A stretch of 64,000 nt of DNA from the human T2T-CHM13v2.0 reference genome, Homo sapiens. Below are positions 26,550 to 42,831 of the stretch, in pieces. Within the stretch, counting starts at the first letter, position 1. Each line of letters opens with the position of its first letter. The notes under the pieces are model-generated. The model made no database searches and was not told the origin of the DNA. It saw nothing but the letters and a program-made list of their open reading frames with translations. Location: NCBI RefSeq assembly GCF_009914755.1, contig NC_060928.1; one strand, given 5' to 3'. Both the position numbers and the translations under genes were made by a program.

Positions 26550-28485
26550 ACTTTTATTCTCTATCATTTCCTTTTGACATTCAGAACTTTTTGTCAAAAA
26601 AGGTCAGCTTCAAGTGGAACAGTACACTTCAATACAATTTTTAGAGCTGCATTACACCCTTCACCTTGGTTTGAGAGGGGCACTCTAGGGGGACCTATTA
26701 AACAGTACTCTCAGTCAAGATGTCAATGTCTTCAGGATCTAGGGCTATGTCAGTTCAACCAGAGAATCCATGTAGCTGAACTGGCATTGAGCTGGAATGC
26801 CTTATACCTTCCTTTGACTGTGTTGATTCCTGAAAGTTGTTCTAATCAGGCTGGCTTGGGATCATACTAAGGGAAAAGAAATATTCCTTATGCCAGGAAT
26901 GGAGAAGGTGAAATTATTATTTTTAATATGTGTCTATGTAGTTCTACACACTTTTTGTCCTAGGAATTTCACTTAAACCACTCTTTCGTCAAGTCAGGCA
27001 TTCGGGGGATCTTTGTAAATCAACAACTCATAGAGCAAGCAGCTTTGCTTCAGGTGGTAGGAACAGAAAGTACAGTTGTCCTTTCTGTTGTAACTGCACT
27101 TTTTCAAATAAAATCAAGCCAGCTGAACTCTTGAATATATTGTTTCAGTGGGAAGAGTCTCTTCCCTTATGAGTCATTGAGTCTAAGTTGACAAACATCA
27201 AAATAAGAGCTTCAGGTGAGAAAAACTTCACAGTGACTCCATTGAGCTTGTATTCAGTTTCAATAAGAGTTTAGTAGCTAGTTAACAGTTGTTTGGGATT
27301 TTTAAAATTTACACTTAGTGGCTACATGAGACAGGTGGTGCTGTTGTACTGGGAAATAACATCTCTGAATACTCTATGAAGCATCAACTATTTAACTAAT
27401 ATTGTTACTCTTCATTCTCCAGATTTTCTGTTTTACTTCTGTTGAAACTCATAGGAGTAGACAGAGAATATCTCCCTATATGTGGCTGTCTCTGAATAGA
27501 ATTCCCCCTGACACTCCTGGGTGTTCACAGGGCTTGCACTTTATTCATAACAGTTGTACATTCAAAAGCAGAAAGCACAAGAAGAATACACAGAATTATC
27601 ACAGAAGGCCTCACATCAAGGCCAGGTTAGCTTCCCTTCCTCACTGAAAAAACTGCCCAAATCTCATTAGCTGTATTTTGGAGCTTCCTCCTTCTTCAGC
27701 ATTAGGGATAGAGGTAATCTGGGACTAGAATAGAATTCATGGAGTGCAGGGAAAAGGGGGAGGTTAGAAGATGTAGACTGTCAATGCCAGTAAGGTAGAA
27801 TATTTTTTTTCTTCCTTGGCCATTCTAAAGTTGGTTCCAACAAGAGAGTGCTGCTTTTTTCTCTATGTACTGCCCAACATCTAGTAAGCAACTAGATCAA
27901 GAGACCCTTATCTTTCTGCCATGTGTATGCCTCTATAGCTCTGCCTCACTGTGAATTAGTCAGCACTGGTGAGCAGCTTCATGTTAGAAAGTAAGACTTT
28001 GCCTTCAGTTTTACATTTGAGTATTCACTTTCTAGCTGCCCAATCAAGGAAACCTCTGAAATTTTTGGCTCATCCAAAGCTGTGTAGTGACTATTGAGGT
28101 CCTTATTGATGACACATTTTATTTCAATTTGGGGAACCCCATAACCATAGAAACACTGCCTTCCAGCTGTGGAAGCAGGGCTTGCTTTCCCACTATTATG
28201 GGGATTCCCCATAGCATCCCTTCCTTCCCCTATATAGAAGGGAATAAGCAACAACCAAAGCACTATTCCTGGACTCGTTTACTTCCTACCTCTCATTGTT
28301 CAACCTATAACCAGGAAGTATATTGAGAGACTCTTGCTTGGACCTAGTCCACCACGTAAGTAGAAATTTATGCTACTTAGTTCCAAAGAATGTGTACATA
28401 TCCCCAAACTTACTTTGTAGATTACTTGCCCATTCTCTTACTTACAATGATGTGTCTGTAAACATCCCATACTCATCACCAAAAC
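26550..28485 (-). mobile_element. ERVL internal sequence (HERVL40-int-like), degraded
   Basis: Follows the LTR40-like LTR on the minus strand; PBS tggtgatgagtatgggat at 28464-28481 (15/18 to tRNA-Ser GCT); weak GVPxxEI gag-like motif in ORF 27979-28263; left boundary uncertain. Confidence 0.5.
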
Positions 28486-31150
28486 AGTTTAGAATAAGAT
28501 TCAATTTTACTCTACATCCAACCTATTAAGTTAGCTGTACCAGACTGTTCTTATGCTGCTGTAAGAAATACCTGAGACTGGGTAATTTATAAAGGAAAAA
28601 GGTTTAATTGCCTCACAGTTCCACATTGCTAGGAGGACTCAGGAAGTTACAATCATGGTGGAAGGCAAAGGAGAAGCAGGTACCTTCTTCACAGGGTGGG
28701 AGGATAGAGCAAGTGCAAGCAGGGGAAATGCCAGATGCTTATAAAATCATCAGATCTCATGAGACTCACTATCATGAGAGTAGCATGGTCCCCATGATCC
28801 AATTACCTCCACCTGGTCCTGCCCTTGACACGTGGCGATTATGGGGAATACAGTTCAAGATGAGATTCTGTTTGGGGACATAGCCAAACCATATTATTAT
28901 CCCTGGCCTCTCCTAAGTCTCATGTCCTCACATTTTAAAACACAACCATGCCTTTCCAACAGTCCCCCAAAGTCTCAGCTCATTCCAGCATTAACCCAAA
29001 AGTCCAAGTTCAAAGTCTCATATGAAAGAAGACAAGTCCCTTTTGCCTATGAGCCTGTAAAATCAAAAGCAAGTTAGTTACTTCCTAGATACAATAGGGG
29101 TATAGCTATTGGGTACATGTACCCATTCCAAATGGGAGAAATTGGCCAAAAGAAAGGGGCTATAGGACCTATGCAACTCCAAAATCCAATAGGGCAGTCA
29201 TTAAATCTTAAAGTTCCAAAATTATATCCTTTGACTCCATGTCTCACATCCAGATCACAGTTATGCAAGAGGTGGCCCCCACAGCCTTGGGCAACTCCAT
29301 CTCTGTGGCTTTGCAGGGTACAGCCCCACTCCTGGCTGCTTTCACAGGCTAGCGTTGACTCTCTGTGGCTTTTCCAGTGCACAGTGCAAGCTGTTGATGG
29401 ATCTACCATTCTGAGGTCTGGAGGATGGCCCTCTTCTCACAGCTCTACTAAGACAGTGCCCCAGTGGGGACGCTGTGTGGGGACTCTAACCCCACCTTTC
29501 CTTTTTGCACTACCCTAGCAGAGGTTCTGCATGAGGGCTCTGCTCCTGTAGCAAACTTCTACCTAGACATCCAGGTGTTTCTATACATTCTCTGAAATCT
29601 AGACAGGGACTCCTCAACCTCAGTTTTTGACTCCTCTGCACCCACAGGCTCAACACCACATGGAAGCCACCGAGGCTTGGGGCTTTCACCCTCTGAAGCC
29701 ATGACCCAAGTTGTACCTTGGCCCCTTTTAGCCACTGCTGGAATTTAAGCAGCTGGGCACAGGGCACCATTGTCCTGAGGCTGCACAGAGCAGGGGGTCC
29801 TGGGCCTGGCCCACAAAACTATTTTTCCCTCCTAGGCCTCCAGACCTGTAATGAGAGGGGCTGCCATGTAGGTCTTTGACTTGCCCTGAAGACATTTTTC
29901 CTATTGTCTTAGTGATTAACATTTGCCTGCTCGTTACTTATGCAAATTTATGCAGTCAGCTTAAATTTCTCTCCAGAAAATGGGCTTTTATTTTCTATAA
30001 CATCATCAGGCTGCAAATTTTCCAAACTTTTATGTTCTGCTTTTGTTTTAATGCTTTACCACTTCCGCCAGAAACCCTAAATCATCTCTCTCAAGTTCAA
30101 AATTCCACAGCTCCCTAGGGCAGAGACAAAATGCCATCAGTCTCTTTGCTAAAGCATAGCAAGAGTGACCTTTGCTCCATTTCCCACCAAGTTCTTCATC
30201 TCCATCAGAGACCACCTTTGCCTGGATGTAATTGTTTATATCGTTATCAGCATTTTCGTCAAAACCATTCAACAAGTCTCCAGTAAGTTCCAAACTTTCC
30301 CACATTTTTCTGCCTTCTTCCAAGCTCTCCAAACTGTTCTAACCTCTTCCTGTTACCCAGTTTCAAAGTCACTTCCACATTTTGGGGTATCCTTACAGCA
30401 GTGTCACACTACCTTCGTACCAACTTACTATATTAGTTCATTCTCATGGTGCTATTAAGACTGGGTGATTTATAAAGGAAGGGGGCTTAATTGACTCACC
30501 CTTCCCCATGTCTTAGGAGGCCTCAGGAAACTTACAATCATGGTAAAAGGCAAAGGAGAAGCAGGCACCTTCTTCACAGGGCAGCAGGATGGACTGAGTG
30601 CAAGCAGGGGAAATGCCAGACACTTATAATACCGTCAGATCTCATGAGACTCACTCACCATCAGGAGAACAGCATGAGGGAATCTGTCCCCATGATCCAA
30701 TTAGCTCCACCTGGTCCCACCCTTGACACATGGAGAATGTGGGGATTACAATTCAAGATGATATTTTAGGTAGAGACATGGCCAAACCAAATCATTAACC
30801 TATTATTGTTTTATGATGTAAACAGAATATGTGAGACTTCTGGATTAGATTTAAAAGACAGCACTTCAAGTAACATAAGCATTGGCATGTACCTCAATTC
30901 CCTTTCCAGACAAGTCCCAAAGAAGCAATATAGGGGCTAGATCAATATTGCACATTCAGTAGGTTTGCATCACAGCTGAGGGACACGGACCTAGGAAATC
31001 TACCCCTTTCAGACTAAGCAATAGGAAGCCTGCTTTTGGTTCTAGGAGGTGATATTACCTCATCTCTCAAAGTTGTTTACCCCAAACACAATCATGAAAA
31101 ATGGTCCAGTTTAAAAAGAAGTGGTCAAGCCTTGCAATCTTGGCATATAT
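28486..31150 (-). mobile_element. LTR40-like ERVL LTR, split by THE1D
   Basis: Reverse complement of 30795-31150 (atgccaagattgcaaggc...gatgaggtaat...cctcagctgtgatgcaaacc) joins 28486-28535 (gctaactt...gtagagtaaaat). Confidence 0.72.
28536..30794 (-). mobile_element. Full-length THE1D MaLR element (LTR 28536-28896, internal 28897-30428, LTR 30429-30794)
   Basis: Two THE1D LTRs (gagtgcaagcaggggaaatgccaga), ~1.53-kb internal region with the THE1-int peptide RKMWESLEL...WSKGHSCY; TSD ttagc/ttaac. Confidence 0.93.
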
Positions 31151-31619
31151 GTTGTCAAGGATGCTCTGGGTTTGTGGCAAATCACCTCTCCCAACACATA
31201 CATTTCACATTTTCCCAGGAGCCACAAATCTCTTTTGCTATTACTCTGGAAGTGCAAGCCAAGTAAGAAAAGAAAAAAAAAAGCCTGAAGTAAAAAATTG
31301 CATAGGTGATCAAAAATTGTATTAATTTTGTATAATACATGTAAAGCTGAAAAAATATTAGAGTTAAAATAAAGTTTTGTTTCACATATATAAATAAAAA
31401 TATATATGCAAATGTATGTATTTATACATGTAAATTCTAAAATATATAAGTATAAATATCTGTAAGCATAAGATATGTATATATAAATCACAAGCTTTCA
31501 TATATAGGAATCATATCATAATAAAAATATCGTTTATATAGCAAAATTATTAATTATTTTAAAAATTTTATTAGAAATGTTAGGACAGACTTGCATGGGG
31601 AACATAACCTCCCTTCAAT

Positions 31620-31790
31620 GAAGAACGTGAAGGCAGATCCGAGGAAATGGAAAGAAATATCATTCTGTAAATACTTCTTCCAAACTTATTCTTTTAATTT
31701 AATGCAATTTTAATAAACATCTCAACTGGATTCTTAATAGAACTTGACCTATTTATTCTAAGGCTCACTTGGAGTTATGAATTTGTGAGA
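31620..31790 (+). mobile_element. Ancient L1M ORF2 fragment
   Basis: aaatggaaagaaatatcat...tttaatgcaatt...tagaacttgac...attctaag. Confidence 0.55.
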
Positions 31791-32884
31791 ATTGACACTC
31801 CAGGTCTTAGTGGAATTGCCCTTTTTACCCAAGTATCAGGGAGCACACATACAGGTGTGAATTGCAGGAAATTAAAACAGATTATTTGAAATTCATGCTT
31901 TGCTGAGCACAATGACTCTTATCTGATTCCAAAGGTAAGAATGGATACTTTTTCAGGCAGGTGACAGACTTGAATCTCAGATTTAACATTTCCTTTCAAT
32001 GTATCTGTTATTCACATTGTCATAGATACCCTCTTGTGTGGAGACATATTACTCTTGAAAGTAATCCTTTTAATAGAGGGTTTGATTACATGCAAAACAC
32101 AGTATATTATATCACGACTGAGTTAATTTACAGTTTATGTGGACAAAATGGTATTCTTTCTGAACTCAATTTATTAATTTCATTTAGTCACACTGTATAG
32201 AAATTTAAGCTTTAATGTCAAATTGCCGATTCTCTATTAATAAGAGAATTTAAAGAATATATAACTAAAAAGGCCACAGTTTTTTGGAATAAAATATGTT
32301 TGTGATCATTTTGTGTATGATGTTAAAATTAATAACGTAATGCTAATAGGAAATAGAGATCTACTGATCAATGATTATTAGAAGCTGAAACATGTGTATG
32401 CATACGTAGTGTCTATCTGAACATAACATGATTCAATTTTGTTAACTGAATAAATGCTTGAAAAAAGAAAACTGTAACTCTAATCCAATCACTGATAAAT
32501 AAATTCTATATTTGCCAAATATACAATAGGTTATAAAAGTATTAAATAAAACATAAACTAATATTCACATATTAGGATGGTGAATGTTTCTTTAACCATT
32601 ATATCCAGTTCACAAATTATAGGAGAAAAGCTGAAAGATATGGATATGTAGTTCCATAAAATACTGTAAATAAAAGAGTTCAATGATATAAAAAAGAAAA
32701 TAAATTCAACATATATGACTTCCTCAGTTAAACAATATCAAGATACATATTTTAACAAATAATTTTAAAAAATCTATTACATTTTAGAACACTGAGAAAG
32801 AATAATGAAAGTATAGCTTATAGATAAGACAACCAACAAATCTACATGATATTTTCAAATTTAATAAAGAGTGATTCGATAAAA

Positions 32885-33299
<415 letters not shown>

Positions 33300-33715
33300 T
33301 TAAATTTACGTCATCTATACTGTTAAAATATTTCTAGAAGTCAGGGTGAAAATGCACTGACAAAGCCTACATATACATATCACATTTATTTTCATTGCAA
33401 CTGATAATTTGTCTTTCTCTTATTCCCCCTCCCATTCTCTCCCTCCCTTCCTGCCTTCCTTCTTTCCTTGCAGGGGAGGAGGTCACTTTAAAAAATCTTT
33501 TAAAAGTCTTTTTTTTCCTATTAGAGGTTTGTGTTTCTTACCAAATTTGAGGCATTACTACGTTAAGTAGTATCTACTTAATGAACTTATTTTAAGTTTA
33601 AAATAAACTTTATATCTCAACTTGGTTTTAAATTGCATTCAATACATCCAAACAATATCATAGGATATACATATATAAATGTGTACACGTATGCTGTTCT
33701 AAGAAAGTGAATGTG

Positions 33716-33885
33716 CAGAAACTGGTGAAGAACAAAATACAGGGACCCTCACTTAACAGGCTCCTTTCAAGTCCCTACACCTCATATTACAGTTTTAATT
33801 ATGCATAGTTTTTCTTAAACAGTTACCCTCCACACCCTGAAATTACATTAGCTTCAGTCCTTTCAAAACCTTCCTTAATCTCCCT
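33716..33885. mobile_element. MER53-like hAT MITE
   Basis: cagggaccctcactt...caagtccct...ttttcttaaa...agcttcagtcctttcaaaacct. Confidence 0.55.
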
Positions 33886-34549
33886 ATCCAAAAGTTAGCT
33901 GTTCATATCAAGCATGTCAGTGTAAGAAAGAAGTGATGAATCTGGCAATACTTAACATAAGTTAAAGAATGAATTACTAAACAACAATTAGTTTGATTAC
34001 TTAAGTATAAGATGCCAGATAATTGTAGTCCTGTTTGCTGCTAATAACTCAAAATTGAACTCAAGTTTCAGTTTTTGTTGTGAAGATACAAGCAACATTG
34101 GAACAAATCAGCCAGTGTACTTTTAGACTGCACTGCATTATCTATTTAATCATCATTTGACAATATTAATGAAAGTATGTAAAGAATCCAGCTATAGCAT
34201 AGATTGACTCTTTAGTATTGGAGTATTACATGCTCAGGCATCTGAAAAATGTGTCATGTTCTAGCTTCTTGAATAATAATCAGTTTCACCTGCTGAGGAC
34301 TATTTTTATGAGTCTCACAATTCATCATTTACTCCCTTATACTTACCAAACATGTTTTTATCATCATAAATCTGTAGGAGTTTAGTCATCCTATGAATCA
34401 CTCGTGGCTCAAGAAACTTTCTCAGTCTAATTCTATAGCCACTGATTTGGCTTAAAATCAGATCCCATAAAATGTAAATGATACTAGGAACCATTTTGTG
34501 TTGAATATACATTTTTGGAAAGATAAACTGTGATTTAATTAATATATTA

Positions 34550-34732
34550 TTGTGCTGCTCAATTCTAATAAGTATGTGATCTTTGGCAAGTCATTTAATG
34601 TTTTTTAAGCCTATTCATCATCAATATAAAAATGCTACTTCCCTTATTGCGTTATTGTGGAGATTAAATCAGATAACATTAATTCAAGTACATCCATGTG
34701 GAAAATATTCATGAATGTTAGCTGTTATTATT
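34550..34732 (+). mobile_element. MIR SINE
   Basis: tatgtgatctttggcaagtcatttaat...gttattgtggagattaaat...aatgttagctgttatta. Confidence 0.75.
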
Positions 34733-35299
34733 TTGTTATGCTTCTAATAGAAAATACTGTTGATGGTGAACGCTTTTCAAAGTGTTTCAAGATAGATGCA
34801 CAAAGTTAAAAAGGAAAACTTGGATATAACTAGGCAGTGTAATTCAAATGTAGGCCCTGACTGTATAGGGAGCTATGTCAAAAGACGTGAATAAAATGTT
34901 TCAGACATGAGTTTTGGACAGTAGGGGAGATATCAGGTAAATTTGATAGTGAAATTAATTTATAGGATTTTTTTTATTATAGGAAACAAATAGTTAATGA
35001 AAATAGCAAATATAAGGGCCCCAAATTATTGCTGATTTCCTTTCAGGTGAAGACATATAATGCTACTAAAAATGGAGTAGTAGTTAGTATTTAGTTTGAC
35101 TCAAAATAACAAAAAACTTTAAAAAATTGAATAAAAGATGCCAAACAGGATAAACATTTACTTCCTTTTTCTATAAAATTTCCAATATGCATTTCAAGGT
35201 TGGTCTGACTCACAATCTTTCTATCCCCGTATTCATTATGTACTTTCTTATCTTCATAATCCAAAATAGCAAATACTACAATCACTGGATAGATGAAGA

Positions 35300-35490
35300 A
35301 ATGAAGGAGAGGGATCAAGAATAGCCTCAGCTGTTTTTTAGTATATGTGCCTGAAGCTTCCACAAAACTCCTTCTAACATGCTCACACTTGCTGCAAAGG
35401 AGGTTGTGGAATGTATTCCTCAATGCTAAGGGAATCATACGATGCTCTAAAATTTTTATTACTGTTGAAAATTAGGAAATGGATTAAAGA
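35300..35490. mobile_element. Old MLT1 (J/K-like) LTR fragment
   Basis: cacacttgctgcaaaggaggttgtggaatgta motif. Confidence 0.45.
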
Positions 35491-36364
35491 CGTAAAATAT
35501 TAGTGTCTACCAAAGTGAGGCATGATCTCTCAGCATTCTTTGAGTCCCTACTTTGGGTTCATATCCTGTGATCTGTACCTATGAAGGAACTCCAAGCTTA
35601 AGCCCAAGACCCCGTAACTGATGGTTCTAGTTGTAAACAATGAGATTTAGATTGTCTTTAAAGACAAATATAGCAAAAAGCCTATAGAGCATTCTGTAGA
35701 AGACTGCTTACTCAAGGATCCGGTATACACAAGAACAGATAATATTATTCATTTAGTTCTGAACAAGCAAATTAACAGACACATTGAAAATCCTTTTCTT
35801 TTCTTGCCTGAACAAGACATCTTACTAAATACAGTGAAGGATGAAAAAGTAAATGCCTTGAAATGTTGACATTAACTGCAGTTAATTAAAAAGGATATAG
35901 GGTGAAAAGTAATTAAGTAAAAACAATTTAATTCATCAAAAGCTAAATTAAAATTAAAAGTACCCATCATTTACTTGTTGGTAACTAATTCTTCCGTGTT
36001 ACTTTAGGTTCATTCCAGAAACATAACAACTTTTCCTATCTTTTCTTGAAGACGGAATGCTTAGCAAATAAATGTGCTAAGTCAGTTTATTTTTTTACTT
36101 GTACTTTGAAATGCTAATTAAGATGTTACATATTTACTTAATTTTCTTTTTAAATTTTATTATTATCAATGAGGCACATTTCCATTAATGGATATTTCTT
36201 ATAATTTTACTTTATTGGATTATATATTAATTTCAGTGAGACTAAATTTGAATTTTAGCACTTTTTAAAACATAATTGATTTCCACACTTGGCCTTGACT
36301 TGCCTTCAACCAATTAGCGTGAAGAACTAGGACATTTATAACCTCACTAAAACTCTCAAGTTCT

Positions 36365-36510
36365 CTGTCTTTTTCTCCTTCTTTCCCTCCCTCCCTACCT
36401 CCCCCCACCCCCTCCATCCCTCCCTCCCTTCATTCCTTCCTCTCTTCCTCTCTGCCCCCCTCTTTCTCTCTCTCTCTCTTTCCTCCTTCTCTTCCTCCTC
36501 TTTTTTTTTT
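36365..36510. repeat. Polypyrimidine/polypurine low-complexity tract
   Basis: About 145 bp almost entirely C/T on the + strand. Confidence 0.9.
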
Positions 36511-37201
36511 CGTCTTCTAACCAACCATTCATAAAGAAGAACATTTTTAAAATTTGCATACCATTCAACTTCAGGCTTATCTTTGCTAAAGATATTTGAT
36601 GAACAAACATTTTCTTAAAATGTATGTCAGCCATATGTTATTCACCATGAATACATACACATTTCAAATAAGTATATTACTTGAGAAAATAATATAATTT
36701 TCAGGGATTTGACATGAGTGGGAGGATGACTGTAACTCTGTCTGCAGATAATTTACAGTGAGTGTTTAAAGGACTGAGTCCCAAGGATATATTCCTTTGT
36801 AGGAGAAATAAACCTCCACTGTGTTCATAGGAACCAGTTAGCATACATGATTCTAGTTCAGATACTGGGTATGTGACGAAGCAAATGCGAAAAAATTCTG
36901 TAGAGTTATTTGGGCCATTCTTTCACATGGAAACACCATTCATCTTTGATTTTCCAAAATTTTCTGTATGTTTGATTATAAGGTCTTAAATAAATCCTCA
37001 TGGGAATTTGTGGGAAATCTCAAAATACCATGTCTATTATAGTCTCTTTATTACTTCTTCATCATGGATAACTCTCTAAGTAGGAGAGATAACTCAGCAG
37101 CATCTGTTTTGATACCTTCCATGTAAAATTGGCTGAGCTATTTAAACAAACTCTATAAATTTCTGCAGTTGGGTCTTAGCATATCCATTAGCCTTATTCT
37201 T

Positions 37202-39197
<1,996 letters not shown>

Positions 39198-39469
39198 TAG
39201 CCTTACTCTTACTCAAGCAGTCCTTGTAATTTTAATACAGAGAGAGTAACACATTTTTTTGATAAATAGTAACTCCAATTATCAAAAGAAATATTTCAGC
39301 AAAACTTACTTAAAAACAAAACTCTCAATTTACTTTGTTAGCAATGATTTGATCTGGCCTCCTCTGTTTTGTCACTGTGTTTTAATTCCACTAACACATC
39401 TTAAAATTTTCATTGTGAAGTAGATTTGAGTCTTTTCAGCAGCAGCCAATCAAAGAAGGTTCAGACTTA

Positions 39470-39700
39470 TAGTGAAGACAGTAGATTATAGCAACACATA
39501 GTTTTGTGTTCAGATACTGTCTGCTCTTCACTAACTATGTGAACTTGAGTACATTTCATTAGCTGTACAATGAGGGTAATAATAACACCTACCTGCTATG
39601 ATTAAGATGAAAAATAATTTAGACAACATTTTGTAAATGTCCAGCACAGCACTGAAGACACTGTAAACATTCAGCAATGTTTGCTGTTGTAATTACTATT
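39470..39700 (+). mobile_element. MIR SINE
   Basis: actaactatgtgaacttgag...ctgtacaatgagggtaataataacacctacct. Confidence 0.75.
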
Positions 39701-40072
39701 TTACTAGGATTAATAATATTATTAGTGATAGTAGTGGTGGTAGCAGCGGTAATGGTAATAGTGTTAGCAGTAGTAGTAGCAACATTATGAGAATTCCTTC
39801 ACACTTAGAAGATCATGACCATGAACTAGGAAATTCCTTGCAAAGTGACAATTTTCTACTTAGTTATGGAATTAAAGTCTCCATTCTATCCAATTTATGG
39901 TAGCTTTTTACATCTGATAACTTAAATTTTGGTTGAATGCAATATTTTAGTTGGCAGAAATAAAACTTGCACAAAATCTAAACAAAATGTATATTTTTAT
40001 TTTGTGTGCATAGAATCACATATAATTTAATTCTACTTAAACATTTATGGTAACATTCTCATTCCTATATAT

Positions 40073-40396
40073 GAGCAGTCCCCAACCTTTTTGGCACCAG
40101 GGACCAGTTTCATGGAAGATAATTTTTTCCATGGCTGAGCAGTGGGGGAGGGTGTTCAGGATGAAACTGTTCCACCTCAGATCATCAGGCATTAGATTCT
40201 TATAATGAGTGTGCAACTTAGATCCCTTGCATGCAAAGTTCACAATAGGGTTCTCACTCCTATGAGAATCTAATGCCACCACTGATCTGACAGGAGGTGG
40301 TGCTCAGGCAGTAATGCTCCCTCACCCATCACTCACATCCTGCTGTGAGGCCCAGTTCCTAACAGGCTATGGTGGCCTGGGGGCTGGGGACCCCTG
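40073..40396. mobile_element. MER1B hAT-Charlie MITE
   Basis: gtccccaacctttttggcaccagggacc...ggggacccctg; 8-bp TSD ctatatat/ctacagat. Confidence 0.92.
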
Positions 40397-41899
40397 CTAC
40401 AGATGACAAATTCCCAGGTAAAATTTTGTTATGTATTTGTTGCCTTGTTTTGTAATAAACATTTTTATTCCTATACCAAGCACTTTAATTTATAAGAAAT
40501 CACTGAGGTTGAAAACTGACATTTAGATTATATATTGAGGCTTCAGGCTGTATGTGTCTATGCTGATAGTGATGAGTGCTTCTGTGTTTCTTTTTTGGAG
40601 ACTTTCCTCCTTCCAAATTTAGTGTAATATTAAAAAATACCAAATATAATGCTATCATTGTTTCACAAATAGTCATCTCGATTGCAAATACTCCTGATTT
40701 TCAAAATATTAGACTATTCATTGAATTACAAAGTATGGTCCAGTTTCAAAATATCATTTCCAATCTTGTTTAATTCTTTAATATCTTTAAGCAGTTTAAA
40801 ATAAATTCTATATCCCTAGTGCCTTCTTTTTGATAAATAGTAGAGCATATTTCCTACTTTCAACCTCTTAACAGTTGCCTGGTGTTCTTTCCATCTCCAC
40901 TCTAAGTTAAAACATAGTTATAAATCCTTTTAATAGGTGTACTGTAGCCTTGATTTTACATTCTAACCAAGGTGTTTTATGACATGTCTGGGAATACACA
41001 CTTTTACAAATTCCTTGCCAAATATTAATTAGTAATTTTATAGCAGCATTTCCCTTGAAAGGTGTATTCCCCAGGGAATACAACATTAAAAAGAAATATT
41101 AAGGGGACCCTGTCATCATATTCTGGGTTTTAACTCTGCAACAAGGACTAAAACAAGCATTACATTTTCACCCGTAAGGAAGTAAGGAACATGTTGCACT
41201 TCAGGCAAAACTGCAGCAATAACCTTTCCACTGGCATTCTTCTTCCACATTTATCAAATGCTCTGATTCCCTCTCCTGTGAAACTATCTTCAGACACTTT
41301 ACCACCTAGTTTCAATGCAGATCATTTTAGCAAAACTAGTTACATGCTGCTAAAATACTTCTACCTTATTCAGTATCAAGAAATTCTATTTTATACTCAA
41401 ACTTTTCTAATTCTGTGAGTGATAAACTCTTGCTTTGTTCCATGAAATCCTCCCAGAAATTCTACCTCCTCCTTACTCTTCCTATATGAACTGATCAACT
41501 GCAAAGTATTCATATTTCCTCAGCGAGATCTTCATCTTTCACCCAGGGAAGAACTGTTCTAATTATTATTGCTTATTTTAGAGCCCTATGTGTTTTCATC
41601 AATGAATATAATAAATATTCATCTTTATCACTACATTCTAAAATCTGAGGGGAGGTTCTTGATCAGTTTTGCCTGTATTTGAATTACCAAGAGTTAATAA
41701 TACAAACCTCATAGTAATCACATTTATAGAGTGAATGAATATATTACACAAATTCTTATTGCACATCAAAATGTTCTTTAACTGGCTTTTTTCTTTCTTT
41801 ATAACCAAATGTTGGCTTTCCTATAGCTGTGTTTAGAACTAATTTTCTAAATCTGCATTTGCAATAATTACTCTTAAAAACTGTAATAATAGATGTCTG

Positions 41900-42400
41900 T
41901 CAGCTTTACCATATATTATAAACTCACTGACTCACTGCTTAGTTGACTAGAACTCCCAAAAGGCATCTACTATGAAATAATCTTGATTCTTTTTTCTCCA
42001 AAATCTACTCCTTACCAGAATTCCCTATTTAAGTAAATGACCCTTCTCTTCATCCAGTTATTCCCATGAAAAAGCATGAACTTAACTCATATTTTCGCTT
42101 ATGCTTTGCATCAACTGTCATAAAATACTGATGGTTTGATGTTAAAATACAGACCAAATATGCATTCCTCCCCACTTTTACCTCTGTCAGTAACATCCTA
42201 TTCCAAGCAAACATTTAGTCTCCCCTAGAGAATTACTTAGCTTCCTAACTCATTATGTGCTTTGAATCGTTGTACCACCAACTTGTGTGAGTTGATTCTC
42301 CCACAGCAGCCAGAGTGAATCTCTTAAAAACTTAAATCTGATTGTGTTATTTCTTTGCTCCCATCACATCTGAAATAAAATGCAGCTATTGCCTCATACC
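41900..42400 (+). mobile_element. L2 fragment
   Basis: cacagcagccagagtgaatctcttaaaaacttaaatctgattgtgtta is an L2 hallmark. Confidence 0.7.
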
Positions 42401-42520
42401 TTTATTGTTGGTCTAATGCATAAAGTGAAAAACAAAAACCATTATTGGTTTTGGGTATTTGATTTTGTTTTATTTTTGTGTTTTTAGTTTGCAGAGAATT
42501 TACCATGATGTTTACATACA

Positions 42521-42831
<311 letters not shown>

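Noticed and set aside
28608-30769. Multiple ORFs in THE1D
   Set aside because: Broken MaLR internal ORF and LTR-derived frames, not an intact gene.
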